A stretch of DNA of 63,059 bases, counting the filler, from Octopus bimaculoides (Eukaryota), in assembly GCF_001194135.2 (NCBI RefSeq). It is 4 parts of 4 records of this genome, joined end to end, with 100 filler letters (N's around TTAATTAATTAA, not from the genome) between each part and the next. Parts side by side here need not be neighbours in the genome. Positions count along the whole stretch, not along the records: positions 1 to 28,332 come from NC_068983.1; 3 more parts are not named here. One strand, given 5' to 3'. The notes beneath the pieces were generated by a model. That model saw nothing but the letters and a program-made list of their open reading frames with translations, searched no databases and was not told the origin of the DNA. Shown piece after piece: positions 12,965 to 26,284 of this stretch (positions are counted from its first letter, which is position 1; every line of letters begins with the position of its first letter). The translations under genes were made by a program, and so were the position numbers.

Positions 12965-14071
12965 NNNNNNNNNNNNNNNNNNNNNNNNNNNNNNNNNNNN
13001 NNNNNNNNNNNNNNNNNNNNNNNNNNNNNNNNNNNNNNNNNNNNNNNNNNNNNNNNNNNNNNNNNNNNNNNNNNNNNNNNNNNNNNNNNNNNNNNNNNNN
13101 NNNNNNNNNNNNNNNNNNNNNNNNNNNNNNNNNNNNNNNNNNNNNNNNNNNNNNNNNNNNNNNNNNNNNNNNNNNNNNNNNNNNNNNNNNNNNNNNNNNN
13201 NNNNNNNNNNNNNNNNNNNNNNNNNNNNNNNNNNNNNNNNNNNNNNNNNNNNNNNNNNNNNNNNNNNNNNNNNNNNNNNNNNNNNNNNNNNNNNNNNNNN
13301 NNNNNNNNNNNNNNNNNNNNNNNNNNNNNNNNNNNNNNNNNNNNNNNATATATATATATATATATATACATACATACATATATCTATATACATGCATGCA
13401 TGCATACACACACACACACCCCTATATATGTACATATAACATATATAGGCACAAACACATTATGCAGAAATACATATGTATACGTAAATATATAGAGATA
13501 GACAGAGAAGGGAGAGAGAGAAAGGGAGAAGGGGAGTGAGGGAGAGAGAGAAAGGGAGAAGGGGAGTGAGGGAGAGAGATGTATACATACATCCTTATAT
13601 ATTCAGATAACATGTATGTTTTTACATGGATAAATGCATAGAAAGATTATACTAACAAAGAGGGTGAGAGTGGGAGGTAGAAATAAAAGGAGAAAAATAA
13701 TGAGGAAGAAAGAGAAACGGGACGAGAAAGATGTTCGGCTATCAAAAAGAAAACAAAAACAAAGAAAGAAAGAAAGAAAGAAAGAAAGAAAAGTAAAGAT
13801 TGATGATAGAGAAGGCGAAAGAGCGAAGAGCGTAGAATGAAGTATTCAATGAAAGAAAGAAAAACGAAGAAGGAGAAGGAATAGAATGAGAATGGCAAGA
13901 AAGATAAAATGAAGAAAAGAGAGAGATAGAAAGAAAGAGAAAATAAGATTACACAAAAACGAGAAAAATGGATTATAGAAGGAGAAAGAGAAAGCGATTA
14001 TCAATGAATGAGATACAATAGAGATGGAGTAAAAGAGGAAGAGAAATAAAGTAAGCAGTGTAACTGAAAGA

Positions 14072-14189
<118 letters not shown>

Positions 14190-14202
14190 AGAAAGAGACG
14201 TG

Positions 14203-14251
<49 letters not shown>

Positions 14252-14619
14252 CGGTGAATGAGTTGGGGTGGAGTAGAGAAGTATTTTGATAGAAGATTCC
14301 AAGAGGCAGCGAACATTGGCATACGGTAATCATTTGTTTGTCTAGCTGTCATTTATTTGTTGATATTCATGAACAGGTCTCTACAGCACAATTGCTCAAT
14401 TTGAACTTAGAAATGAGTCAGGTCTTATTTGTATTCAAGTGTGATAACGTGACGCCGCGACTTGTTGCCACGTACACTGAACCCTGCTTTCTATAGATGG
14501 CTCCCAGCTTTTTCTTTCTTTCTTTTTTCTTTTTCTTTTTCTTTTCTTTCTTTTTGTTTGTTTTTCATAAGTACTGCACAACACAGCGCACACAACACAG
14601 ACTTTTCTCATCTTGATTT

Positions 14620-15235
14620 GGCATTCGTTGCCGCCGCCATTGCTACCTTGTACCGACATCAACCCACCTCCACCGCCGTTCCCCCTCCCCACCAGTAGCA
14701 GCAGCAGCACCACCACCACCACCACTACCACTATCACCACCACCACCATCACCATCAACACTGCCACCACCAAGTCCACCACCACTACCGTTACCAACGC
14801 CACCTACACCAACACTTACAACCACCAACGCTACCACCACTTCTACGATCACCAATACTACAACCACCCCACAACCACTACCACCACCAACAACATCAGC
14901 ATAACCAGCACCAGCACCACCACCTTCACCACCGTTGTCACAACCACACGACCATACATCAATACCGCCGCTACCACCACCATATCCAGAACTTCACTAC
15001 CTCACCGCCACAACAACCAAGACTATCACCCACCTCAATACCATCATCCACCGTTACATCACCACCAACCCAACCATACCATCACCATCGCCATCATAGG
15101 CGCCACCAGCGCTGCCATTACCACCATCACCACCATTATCACGACCACCGCCGCCTTCACCACCATCGCAGCTTCCAACACCACCACCACCGCCACCACA
15201 ACCACCACCACCACCATCACTACCGACGCCATAAA
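14620..15235. repeat. Degenerate (ACC/CAC/AAC)n trinucleotide tract; similar tracts at 185-350 and 41480-41790
   Basis: Cryptic triplet simplicity; the Thr/His/Val-rich ORFs are by-products. Confidence 0.85.
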
Positions 15236-15367
15236 CCAGTTGTCATTTCTCGACAGTTTACAGACATTGTTTTACTTTCTATTCCAGGCGGAGTTCTGAT
15301 ATTGCTTGTTAATAGGCTCCTGTCTACCTGTATACACACACACCTACACACTGACACACGTACACAT

Positions 15368-15398
<31 letters not shown>

Positions 15399-15530
15399 CG
15401 CAGAGGGAAACTTGCGTAAGCTAGAAAATACAGTTGCAAACTCTGAAATACACATGCGCATATACACACAATCCATACACATCGCTATACACATACATAC
15501 ATACATACATACATAGAGACTAACAGACTG

Positions 15531-15565
<35 letters not shown>

Positions 15566-15967
15566 ACGGTAGGAAGAAAGATAGATTGGTATGTAGAAAG
15601 ATAGATAGACAGATAGACAGATAGATAGATGATAGGTGGATAGATATTAATATTTGGCAGAAGTTGCAGAGTGACTCATGTGCCGAGAGTTTCGTGTTTT
15701 ATATTCACATGCATATAATATGGAGGCAAGTGCATACAAACAATGGCTGATTCAAGTGCATACACACATTCAAACACATACTCGCACGCGTACATAGGCA
15801 CACAGACAAAGACACAAACAAACAATTCACATATACAATTTACTCGCACACAGAGACACGCAGGTGTGCACATTAATACACCTCCTCTTTCTCTCTCTTT
15901 CTCTCTGTCTTTCTTTTGTCCTTTCTGTCTTTCTATCTACATACATCTCTCTACCTATCTACCTACA

Positions 15968-16014
<47 letters not shown>

Positions 16015-16109
16015 TTGTATGCCAATCTCTCTCCCCCCCTCTCTCTCTCTCACCCTATATANNNNNNNNNNTATATATATGGAGGAGGAGGAGGAGACCC
16101 CTTCAATCA

Positions 16110-16400
16110 GATTTGCGCCTCCGAGGCGCAAATCCGGGCAAGGTTGTTTATAGAAGGCCAGTAGTCGCCCATGCATACCAGCCTCCCCACTCCACGCCAT
16201 TGATGTTATCCAAGGGAAAGGCAAAGGCCGATACAGCTTGGCACCAGTGATGTCTAAACTCATTTCTACAGCCGAGTCAATAGGAGCAACGTGAAATAAA
16301 GTGTCTTGCTCAAGAACACAACATGCAGCCCGGTCCAGGAATCGAACTCACAACCTCACGATCGTAAGCTCGACACTCTAACCACTGAGCCATGCGCCTC
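16110..16400 (-). mobile_element. SINE family C-related copy with a different tail
   Basis: The reverse strand begins AGGCGCATGGCTCAGTGGTTAGAG...GAGTTCGATTCCTGG, then TTTATTTCACGTTGCTCC. Confidence 0.75.
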
Positions 16401-16737
16401 TGTCTCTCCCTTATATATAATTTATATAAGGGCATTAACTATATAGTAATGTCTCACGCTCAGAGGGACTAAATAAGTCAAAAACTTTCACGCTGACTAC
16501 TTGATAAATTCTTATAAAGCGTTTATCCTAATATTATATTATATATATATATATATCAGGACGCAGAACGCTTGTGTCACGTAGCCAACTAAAAACGGTT
16601 TTTCTTGGGACTAAATAACAGTAACATTCTTCCTTTTCCTGGGACTGCCACATTAAGTTGGCCACAAGCCATCACTATATCGTGCTGTTACTGTATAACT
16701 CTCTCTGAGAGATTTAGAAATACAATATATATATATT

Positions 16738-16781
<44 letters not shown>

Positions 16782-17289
16782 GGTGTGTGTGTGTGTATGT
16801 GTGTGTATAAATTATTTTAATTATATGTCACTCCTACAAAATGCTGAGTTCCTCTTTTCTTCATTTGTCCACTAACTCATAATCTGAAATGTCAGATTTT
16901 TTTCTACCCTGTTGACGGAGGCAGGATTTATCGAATGTTAGCACACCGGACGAAATCCTTAGCGGTATTTCATCTGTCTTTACCTTCTGAGTTCAAATTC
17001 CGCCGAGGTCGACTTTGCCTTTCATCCTTCCGTATCGATAAATTAAGTACCAGTTGCGTACTGAGGNNNNNNNNNNCCTTCCGTATCGATAAATTAAGTA
17101 CCAGTTGCGTACTGAGGTCGATCTAATCGACTGGCCTCTTCCCCAAAAATTTCGGGCCTTGTGCCTAGAGTAGAAACGAATATAAAAAATATTTATAAAT
17201 TTATACTTGAATATTCATCATCTGAAAATGTTCAGTCTTTGCTTTCTCTCAATTTACATGGATACATATCTTTTATATCGAACCGAAGG

Positions 17290-17420
17290 GGTTTTATTTG
17301 TTTATTAGCATCATTGTCTCCATATCTGCTCACCTGGATTCCTCTTGTATTCACTCTTTGCCCTGTGGACTTGGTTCTCGGTAAAAGTTTCGGAGTGTAA
17401 GTTCAAATCCTTTCAGCACT
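17290..17420. repeat. Unclassified interspersed repeat; second copy at 45075-45215
   Basis: GCATCATTGTCTCCATATC...CTGGATTCCTCTT...GGACTT...GTGTAA.TTCAAATC is shared between the two loci. Confidence 0.6.
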
Positions 17421-18119
17421 ACTGCATGAACTTATACAACAAAAAGAGAAAAGGCTCTTTGCTCTCATGCTTTTTTCCGAGGTTACCGTGGTTTTTTGTA
17501 GGGTTTTCTTTCCACGGATAACCCTAGTCAGTGTTATATTTTCTCCTCCTTTTGGGGATTTCTGTTTTAAAAACATTACCTTGTTATCTCTTTATGTACA
17601 CGTCTCAAGACGTTTTCGATCACTATTGATCGGTTTTGAAAAGAAAAATTCTACATTGTATTGTTCCTTCTGTGTTCGGCTCTGCGTGGCTTAATAAAGA
17701 AATCTATATTGAGAATATTTGGATCTCATGTTGACTCAATACATACATACATACATACATTCATACATATATGTATGTATGTACACACACAGAGGCGAAT
17801 TAGCAGAGTAGTTACAGCGCAAGACAATACACCTTCCAATATTTATTGTGGTCACTGTGCATTGTGTTCAATCCTTCTGAACACTTTTCCTTTCACCTTG
17901 CGGAAGTCGATAAGATAACGGATCAACAGAATTGCAGGATTACTAGGGCAATGGATTAGCAGAATTGTTAGAGTACCAGACAAGATGCCTTATGGTATTT
18001 CTCCTGAGTTATTTTTTTTTTTGTTTGTTTGTTTAATGGTGGACATTATCCGTCGGCCAGTTTAACAACTGCCATCTTTTCATGTGATATAGAATTGACT
18101 TGACAGAATTCACGCTCAC

Positions 18120-18166
18120 CGGTTTCAGGTGAGCTTCATCTCTCCTTCCTAACCGACTCAGAGACA
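18120..18166 (-). CDS. Tentative downstream exon (47 nt, phase 1-0): MSLSRLGRRDEAHLKP
   Basis: Acceptor ttaattttttcAG, donor CG|GTGAGC, single open frame, phase-compatible with the 28997 exon. No diagnostic motif, and it lies across a synthetic scaffold join. Confidence 0.35.
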
Positions 18167-18453
18167 CTGAAAAAAATTAAAAGAGTCGTGGGCGCATCAG
18201 TGCTCTCCCTAAAGAAATATGGGAAAAAAAATATGAACAGATAAAAATAAATATGTGTACATGAATATGGTTTTTAAATATACGCACTAGTCTGGAAGAC
18301 AAATCGTTTGTACTCCATGTGAGAATGTATTTGGGAGTGTACGTGTGTGTACGTATGTATATTTGTATATTTCTAGACATCTATCTGTAAGTATACGTAT
18401 CGCAGTCAAATGACTAAACATGTAATAGAATATATATACATACATATATATAC

Positions 18454-18513
<60 letters not shown>

Positions 18514-18698
18514 NNNNNNNNNNNNNNNNNNNNNNNNNNNNNNNNNNNNNNNNNNNNNNNNNNNNNNNNNNNNNNNNNNNNNNNNNNNNNNNNNNNNNNN
18601 NNNNNNNNNNNNNNNNNNNNNNNNNNNNNNNNNNNNNNNNNNNNNNNNNNNNNNNNNNNNNNNNNNNNNNNNNNNNNNNNNNNNNNNNNNNNNNNNNN

Positions 18699-18749
<51 letters not shown>

Positions 18750-19437
18750 CTAGCAGCTAAGCCCGGTTTCACCCGGTCGGTTTGGATGATGTGGCTGTAA
18801 AACCTGCCTGCTCTGTGTAAGCATTCGACTTGTTTGGGCACGCTTACGTTAAAAAATAATTTTAGAATGACTTTTTCTGTCAAAACGCTATAAATAACTG
18901 ACCACCACCAAAAAAAAAAAAAACACCCAAGATTCAACCAAATCAAAAGTAAACCCAAATACTAAGCGAACAAAGATGAACCATCCTACTTCCATTGCAC
19001 GCGAACACGCACACACACACATACACGCACACACACGTTCACATACCCCCCTTTTACATACACATACATATATTCACACAGAGGTGAAACGCTGTTTGAT
19101 TTATTTTTTTCAGCGTGCAATTTTCATCATCCCATTACGAAGCATGACATCACACCTTCCTTCCTCATTCATCCCCTTCCATTCTCATTCATAAACACAA
19201 GAGTATTTTTATAGTAGATTATCTTGGTAACCATGGGAGCTATGAAAAATTACAAACCCAGCGTCAACACCGAATCATTCTACATATCTGTGTAATTTTT
19301 CGCGCAATTCCACCCAGCCGTTTGACCGTGAATTCCAAGACAAGAAAGAATCGCCCATGCCAAATTTATGTGTATAAATATATATATATGAGATCGATAA
19401 AAAAAAGTCTACAATAATCTTGCAGTGGTGAATGGAA

Positions 19438-19473
19438 GATCCGATGTTTCGGATAGATCCGTCTTCAGTGAAT
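19438..19473 (-). ncRNA. Degenerate minimal hammerhead motif
   Basis: Minus strand: CTGAAGA C GGAT-CT-ATCC GAAAC ATC GG. Helix III palindrome is broken (ACAT rather than ACGT) and helix I is weak. Confidence 0.4.
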
Positions 19474-19886
19474 AGTGGAATCAACTCGAGACAGTAGAGT
19501 TTTATGCTATATACATTGGACACACTACCTACAGCAAATTCACTGTACTATTTTTGGTCGCTTTTATTAAATAATCCTAGTCATGTGGACATAAACTATC
19601 TCCAGTCTCTCTGGTTTCTGTCAGATATCATATATATATATTTTCTTTAATTCTTTTATATGCTTCAGCCCTAAGGTTGTGGCTATACTGGAGCACCACC
19701 ATAAAAAGAATGGAGAGGTGTAGATCTTCGACAATTATTTGTTACAGAATTATTCTCATTAAATTCCAATCTCAGACATGTTTCTGCTGGATAATTTCGC
19801 CTACACGATTGGGTAAAATCTTGAAGAAAGCTGTATAGGAATGTTTTCTTTGAATGAATATGTACTGTAAATAAAACAAACTAAAT

Positions 19887-20347
19887 AGGTGCAAGAGTGG
19901 CTGTGTGGTAAGTAGCTTCCTTGCTTACCAACCACATGGTCTTGGGTTCAGTCCCACTGCGTGGCACCCTGGGCAAGTGTCTTCTACTATAGCCTCGGGC
20001 CAACCAAAGCCTTGTGAGTGGATTTGGTTAACGGAGACTGAAAGAAGCCCTACGTATATATGTATATATATATATATATGTGTATATTTGTGTGTGTGTG
20101 TGTGCATTTGTGTATGTATATTTGTGTGTGTGTTTCTGTGTCTGTGTTCTTCACCCCCCCACCATCACTTGACAACCGATGGTGGTGTGTTTGTGCCCCC
20201 GTAACTTAGCGGTTCGACAAAACAGATCGATAGAATAAGTACTAGGCTTACAAAAAATAAGTCCTGGGGTCGATTTATTCGACTAAAGGCGGTGCTCCAG
20301 CATGGCCGCAGTCAAATGCCTGAAACAAATAAAAGAGTAAAAGAGAT
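19887..20347 (+). mobile_element. SINE family A, full-length
   Basis: Head, (TA/TG)n interior and tail are all present. Other copies: 20736-21277, 21989-22150 (head only), 29823-30172(-), 43180-43612. Tail-only copies near 1770, 25485, 27640, 30940, 37725(-), 45283, 54370(-) and 57165. Confidence 0.88.
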
Positions 20348-20900
20348 AAATCCTACATTAAAGGACACTAGGGCACTTGTCCAACAGAAATAAGTGTTCC
20401 ACAAAACACCCAGTGAAGCGAACTCAGTATCTACTACTCGAATAAAGTACCGTTGAATTGTTTATCCAAAACAATTCTGTGTTCCCTATCATTCAATGTC
20501 GTTAACGAGATCTGGATTATATCAGAAAGCTAATAAGGTACATGCCTGAATTTCAAATCCTTATTCCTTTACATTATTCACACACACACACACAAACACA
20601 CACACGCCCCGCCCCCCACACATGATTGTGTGTGTATTCTTTTATTCTTTTACTTGTTTCAGTAATTTGACTGCAGCCATGCTGGAGCACCGCCTATATG
20701 CGCCTGTGGGTGTGCACATATATATATATATATATGGCCCGGGAGTGGCTATGTGGTAAGTAGTTTGCTTACCAGCCACATGGTTCTGGGTTCAATCCCA
20801 CTGCGTGGCACCTTGGGCAAGTGTCTTCTACTATAGCTTCGGGCCGACCAAAGCCTTGTGAGTGGATTTGGTAGACGGAAACTGAAAGAAACCCGTCGAA

Positions 20901-20963
<63 letters not shown>

Positions 20964-21495
20964 NNNNNNNNNNNNNNNNNNNNNNNNNNNNNNNNNNNNN
21001 NNNNNNNNNNNNNNNNNNNNNNNNNNNNNNNNNNNNNNNNNNNNNNNNNNNNNNNNNNNNNNGTGTGTTTCTGTGTCTGTGTTTGTCCCCCCAACATCGC
21101 TTGACAACCGATGCTGGTGTGTTTACATCCGCGTAACTTAGCGGTTCGGCAAAAGAGACCGATAGAATAAGTACTAGGCTTCCAAAGGATAAGTCCTGGG
21201 GTTGATTTGCTCGACTAAAGGCGGTGCTCCAGCATGGCCACAGTCAAATGACTGAAACAAGTAAAAGAGTAAAAGAATAATATATATATATATGTGTTTG
21301 TACGTATGTAGGTAGGTAGTTAGGTATATGCGTGTGTGTATGTTTGTGTATGCACTGCGTTTTTTTTCTTTTTCTGAATGTGTTTATGAATGCATATATG
21401 AACATATGTAATGTTTTTGTTTGTATTTGGGTTAACTGTGTTACTTGACTTCTAATTATATATATCTCTGCTGCACAATTGCATGCATATAGTTA

Positions 21496-21557
<62 letters not shown>

Positions 21558-21768
21558 CACACACATTGAAATAGCAAATGTATCTGGCAAACATGGACAC
21601 GTCTCAACGTGACAAGTGGGCGATCATATTTCAATATCAAGCATTTGATTTCCTTTATTCACTAATATATTTGATAAACCAATGAACTTCACACATCATG
21701 AATCTTCTCACTAGTGTCAACTGAAATCATCACACACACATTTCTATAAATGTGTGTGTGTGTGTGTG

Positions 21769-21816
<48 letters not shown>

Positions 21817-22185
21817 TTTGTCTAGTGATGCCGGCCGTTCTTTTACTGTTGTTAGTGCTTGAACAGTGGCGTAAAGAGCGATGACAAATAAGGGCATAAA
21901 CAAAACAGGGTATTCCTAGATCAGTAGACTTTCTTAATTCACGATGATATACACATATGAGTATTTTGTGTGTGTACATGTGTGTGTAGGTGCAGGCGTA
22001 CCTGTGTGGTGAGAAGCTTACTTCCCAACCATATGGTTCCCGGATTCAGTCTCACTGTGTGGCAACTTGGGCAAGTGTCTTCTACTATAGCCTCGGGCCT
22101 ATGGAAGCCTTGTGTGTAGATTTGATAGACAGAAACTAAAAGCTCGTCGCGTATATATATATTCACAGGAATTTTCAATTGGCCG

Positions 22186-22246
22186 GATAACTGAAGAGAT
22201 GTTGGCGTGGGCTCCCACCCTGGCATCCGAAACTCGGAGTTTTATC
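22186..22246 (+). ncRNA. Type I hammerhead ribozyme motif with extended helix II
   Basis: GATAA CTGAAGA GATGTTGG-CGTGGGCTCCCACC-CTGGCATCC GAA ACTCGGAGT T TTATC. Helix I 5 bp, GATG/CATC helix II, ACTC/GAGT helix III. Confidence 0.7.
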
Positions 22247-22360
22247 ATGGATACTAAATAAGTGTCACATATTTTTACAGATAAATTCCTCTATTTGCAT
22301 AATATCGAGGTCTCTCTTTTTCTTTTGTTATCCTTCCTATCAAATATATATATATATATA

Positions 22361-22395
<35 letters not shown>

Positions 22396-22878
22396 NNNNN
22401 NNNNNNNNNNNNNNNNNNNNNNNNNNNNNNNNNNNNNNNNNNNNNNNNNNNNNNNNNNNNNNNNNNNNNNNNNNNNNNNNNNNNNNNNNNNNNNNNNNNN
22501 NNNNNNNNNNNNNNNNNNNNNNNNNNNNNNNNNNNNNNNNNNNNNNNNNNNNNNNNNNNNNNNNNNNNNNNNNNNNNNNNNNNNNNNNNNNNNNNNNNNN
22601 NNNNNNNNNNNNNNNNNNNNNNNNNNNNNNNNNNNNNNNNNNNNNNNNNNNNNNNNNNNNNNNNNNNNNNNNNNNNNNNNNNNNNNNNNNNNNNNNNNNN
22701 NNNNNNNNNNNNNNNNNNNNNNNNNNNNNNNNNNNNNNNNNNNNNNNNNNNNNNNNNNNNNNNNNNNNNNNNNNNNNNNNNNNNNNNNNNNNNNNNNNNN
22801 NNNNNNNNNNNNNNNNNNNNNNNNNNNNNNNNNNNNNNNNNNNNNNNNNNNNNNNNNNNNNNNNNNNNNNNNNNNNNN

Positions 22879-22935
<57 letters not shown>

Positions 22936-23439
22936 ATATATAATTATATGCACATGTGTATATATGCATACCACCTCGACAGATAGTTCGTCAGACAATT
23001 AACACTAAGCGAACACGGTACTGTTACTAATTCCACTAACTTAGCAAGGCATCACACCTCCATTCGATGTTTTCAACACTAATAAATATTAAACGAAAAC
23101 GAATTAAATGTTACACATCTGATCATTTTAATATAAACAATGTCAAATTAGTGTTTATACTATATAGAGGTGTCAGCCGCTTAAGCACTTCAAAATGAAA
23201 CTAAAGTTAATCGTAGAAAGACTATGAATATTCTAGATTATGAAAAGACCTTGAGAGTTAGTCTTTAACCATCATCCGTTTTAATACCACTTTTGTACCT
23301 TAGGGGTCCTTGGCGAAGTGCTCACTCTCGCCAATGCAACATTCAAGCCAGGTTTCAATTTTGAGGGTTCCTTCCTATAACCCTCTATCACACAAGTCTT
23401 GTGAAAAATAAAAAGTTCTATATTTGAGAGATGAGGAAT

Positions 23440-24105
23440 TATGTACATTATTTACATATGACGGATATTTGTCCTCAACTTCTTTGTTGTTAAAATGTTT
23501 TGGCTGATGTACTCTCCAGCCTTCATCAGGTGTCCAACCAAGGTTCTCATTCCCAGGTATTTTTCCGATGCTATTATTATCATTTTTATCATTATTATTC
23601 AGGTCACTGTCCGGAATCGAATTCATAATCTTGAGGTTAGTAGTTCACGCTCTTAACCACTACGCCATATGATAATGGGCAATTATGGAGTGTATTTCAT
23701 GGCTTATAAATCTAATATTTTCTTCTTCCTTAATACCGGTTCCTATATGTTACTCATATCTGCACTATGTCTGCTTAGGAGGTTATTATGTCCTAGCTTC
23801 ATCTCACTGAGGGAGGTGGTCTCCGTTTTTCCATACATGGTCAGCTATACCCAATTTATCAATATCTCCTCGTGTCACAGCTTTGCGATGTTCCTCTACC
23901 CTTACTTTGAGGGGGCTGCATGTTTCACCTTTGTATAACCTACCACAGCTGCATGGAATGGAGTACACGCTGTCTTTGGTCATATTCTCTTCTATTGATG
24001 GATTTACTCGAAGGAGATATTTCCGAAAGTCTTGAATACTGTCCTGATGGCATATGGGTCGCATGTCTTTTGTATCTTTTCGGAGAGGCCTTTCACACAA
24101 GGTAG
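23440..24105 (-). mobile_element. Penelope-like element 3' fragment (GIY-YIG endonuclease, tRNA-like segment, decayed hammerhead)
   Basis: VYSIPCSCGRLYKGETCSPLKVRVEEHRKAV is the GIY-YIG signature. The hammerhead copy has GAAAC changed to AAAAC. Confidence 0.85.
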
Positions 24106-24109
24106 ACAA

Positions 24110-24965
24110 TCTATTAAGCAACAATTATGCCCAAAACATACTATCCACTCCAATTATGAAGAGAAGAGAGGATGAAACCCATAAACTGACCACAGTTTGT
24201 CCACCCTATGTGAAAGGCCTCTCCGAAAAGATACAAAAGATATGCTGCCCATATGACATCAGGACAGTATTCAAGACTTTTCGCAAACATCTCCTTCGAG
24301 TAAAACCACCAATAGAAGAGAATATGACCAAAGACTGCGTGTACTCCATTCCATGCAGTTGTGGTAGGTTATACAAAGACGAAACATGTCGCCCCCTCAA
24401 AATAAGGGTAGNNNNNNNNNNTGCGTGTACTCCATTCCATGCAGTTGTGGTAGGTTATACAAAGACGAAACATGTCGCCCCCTCAAAATAAGGGTAGAGG
24501 AACATCGCAAAGCTGTGACACGAGGAGATATTGATAAATCGGGTATAGCTGGAAAAACGGAGACCACCTCCCCCTGTGGGATGAAGTTAAAATAATAAAC
24601 AGAGAACACCACTGGAAAATACGGAAACTAAAAGAGGCAGCACATATGCTAGGACATAATAACCTCTTAAGCAGACCAAGTGCAGATGTGAGTAACATAT
24701 GGGAACCGGTATTAGATTTATAAGCTCTATGGCGTAGTGGTTAAAGTCATATGGCGTATTGGTTAAGAGCGCGGGCTAAGATTCCAAGCAGTGGCCTGAA
24801 TAGTAATAATAATAATAATGATATCGGTAAAATACCTTAGGAATGAGAACCCAGGTTCGAAATTCCCTCAGGACATCTGATGAAGGCTGGAGAGTATATC
24901 AGCCGAAACGTTGTGTTAACAACAAACAAGATGAGAACAAATATCCGTCAAATGTAAATAATGTA
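24110..24965 (+). mobile_element. Penelope-like element 3' fragment, inverted partner of the previous one
   Basis: PYVKGLSEKIQK...CVYSIPCSCGRLYKDETCRPLKIRVEEHRKAV. No Cys linker before the endonuclease (Penelope/Poseidon type). 24422-24497 duplicates 24336-24411 across a 10-N gap. Confidence 0.87.
24872..24917 (+). ncRNA. Intact minimal type I hammerhead ribozyme motif (Penelope type)
   Basis: GACAT CTGATGA A GGCTG-gagagtatat-CAGCC GAA ACGT T GTGTT. All core residues present; palindromic ACGT helix III. Confidence 0.85.
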
Positions 24966-25384
24966 AAAGATTAAATTTCAACGCAAAGTTAGAATACTAC
25001 GCTGGTTTCAAATTTAGGTACAAGGATAGGAAACGCAAAGGAGGAGGTACAACATTTACATCAATCCAAGTATTCAACTGGTATTTATTTTATCGACTTC
25101 GAAAGGATGAAAGGCAAAGTCCGCTTCGGTGGTATTTGTACTCAGAATATAAAGACTGACAAAATGCCGCTGTTTTGTCCGGTATGTTAACGATTCTGCT
25201 AGCTCACCGTCTTGAGATATAATATTATATGAACTACTCTAAGCATAATGACTTTGTTAATTGGCTTTCAAGGTTCTAAAGAAAATGGAAAAAATTGACG
25301 ACAAATACTCGAATACAAAAACATTCTCTAATATCTAAAGTTTATATATACATACATACATATATACATACATACATATATATG

Positions 25385-25420
<36 letters not shown>

Positions 25421-25888
25421 CGTGTGTGTGTGTGTGTGAGCGCGCGCGCGTGCGTGTGTATTATGTATATATATGTATATGTGTATCAGTTCGGCAAAAC
25501 AGGCCTATAGAGTAAGTACTAGGCTTAAAAAAGTAAACACTGGAGTCAATTTCTTGGAATGAAACTTACAAGGCAGAGTCCTGTACGACAGTTATCCAAT
25601 GACTGAAACAAATAAAAGATAGAAAAAAAACAAATAAAAGATATCTACACGCACACACACACACACACGCACACACACATAGTGCGTCTCATAATGACGT
25701 GTCACATTTTAAGATTAAGCTACTACGACCAGAATAAGCACGGGCGGATAATTCATTCGGGGACAGTTAAATAAGTATCATTCCAACGCTGATATCGATA
25801 TAATCTACTTACTCACTTCCCCTTAAAATTTCTGACCTCATGCCAAATTTTGAAATAATCAGTAACAGATATCCTGTATATGTGTGTA

Positions 25889-26213
25889 CACCTTCTAGAC
25901 TTACGACCGAGTTCCGTTCCAAATGACAGGTTGTAAGTCGATCTGGTCGTATATCGGATTTATATTTATCAACACTACTTTCATTCAAACACAACTGATG
26001 CTTGAAAGCGACTGAGTGAGAGACAGGGGCTAGCAGTGGATGCCTGGGTCTGAGGGAGGCCTGCGTTGCCAGATGCTATCATACTTATCGCACGCGTAGC
26101 TGCCCAATGTCCGAAAATCGATTTTTTATTCATTTATTTTTATTTATCTATTTACTTTTTTTGGTCGTGCGGATGGTTGTAAGTCGCAAATGTCGTAAAT
26201 CGAGGAGAAGGTG
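25889..26213. mobile_element. pogo/Tigger-like MITE with TA target duplication
   Basis: TA-CACCTTCTAGACTTACGAC ... GTCGTAAATCGAGGAGAAGGTG-TA, with subterminal GGTYGTAAGTCG repeats. Confidence 0.7.
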
Positions 26214-26284
26214 TATGCATTTATGTGTGTATGTATGTATGTATCTATGTATGTATGTATGTATGTATGTATGCTTCTCAAAGC

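Noticed and set aside
14613-15299. 228-aa Thr/His/Pro-rich ORF (and Val-rich ORF 41420-41797)
   Set aside because: These are translations of degenerate trinucleotide tracts, with no splice or domain support.
17030-17116. Direct duplications flanking 10-N gaps (also 24336-24497)
   Set aside because: These are overlapping contig ends, an assembly artefact.
23600-23668. Stand-alone tRNA gene
   Set aside because: It has A/B boxes but no complete cloverleaf or acceptor stem, and it is embedded in repeats. All tRNA-like heads in the window are SINE or retroelement parts.
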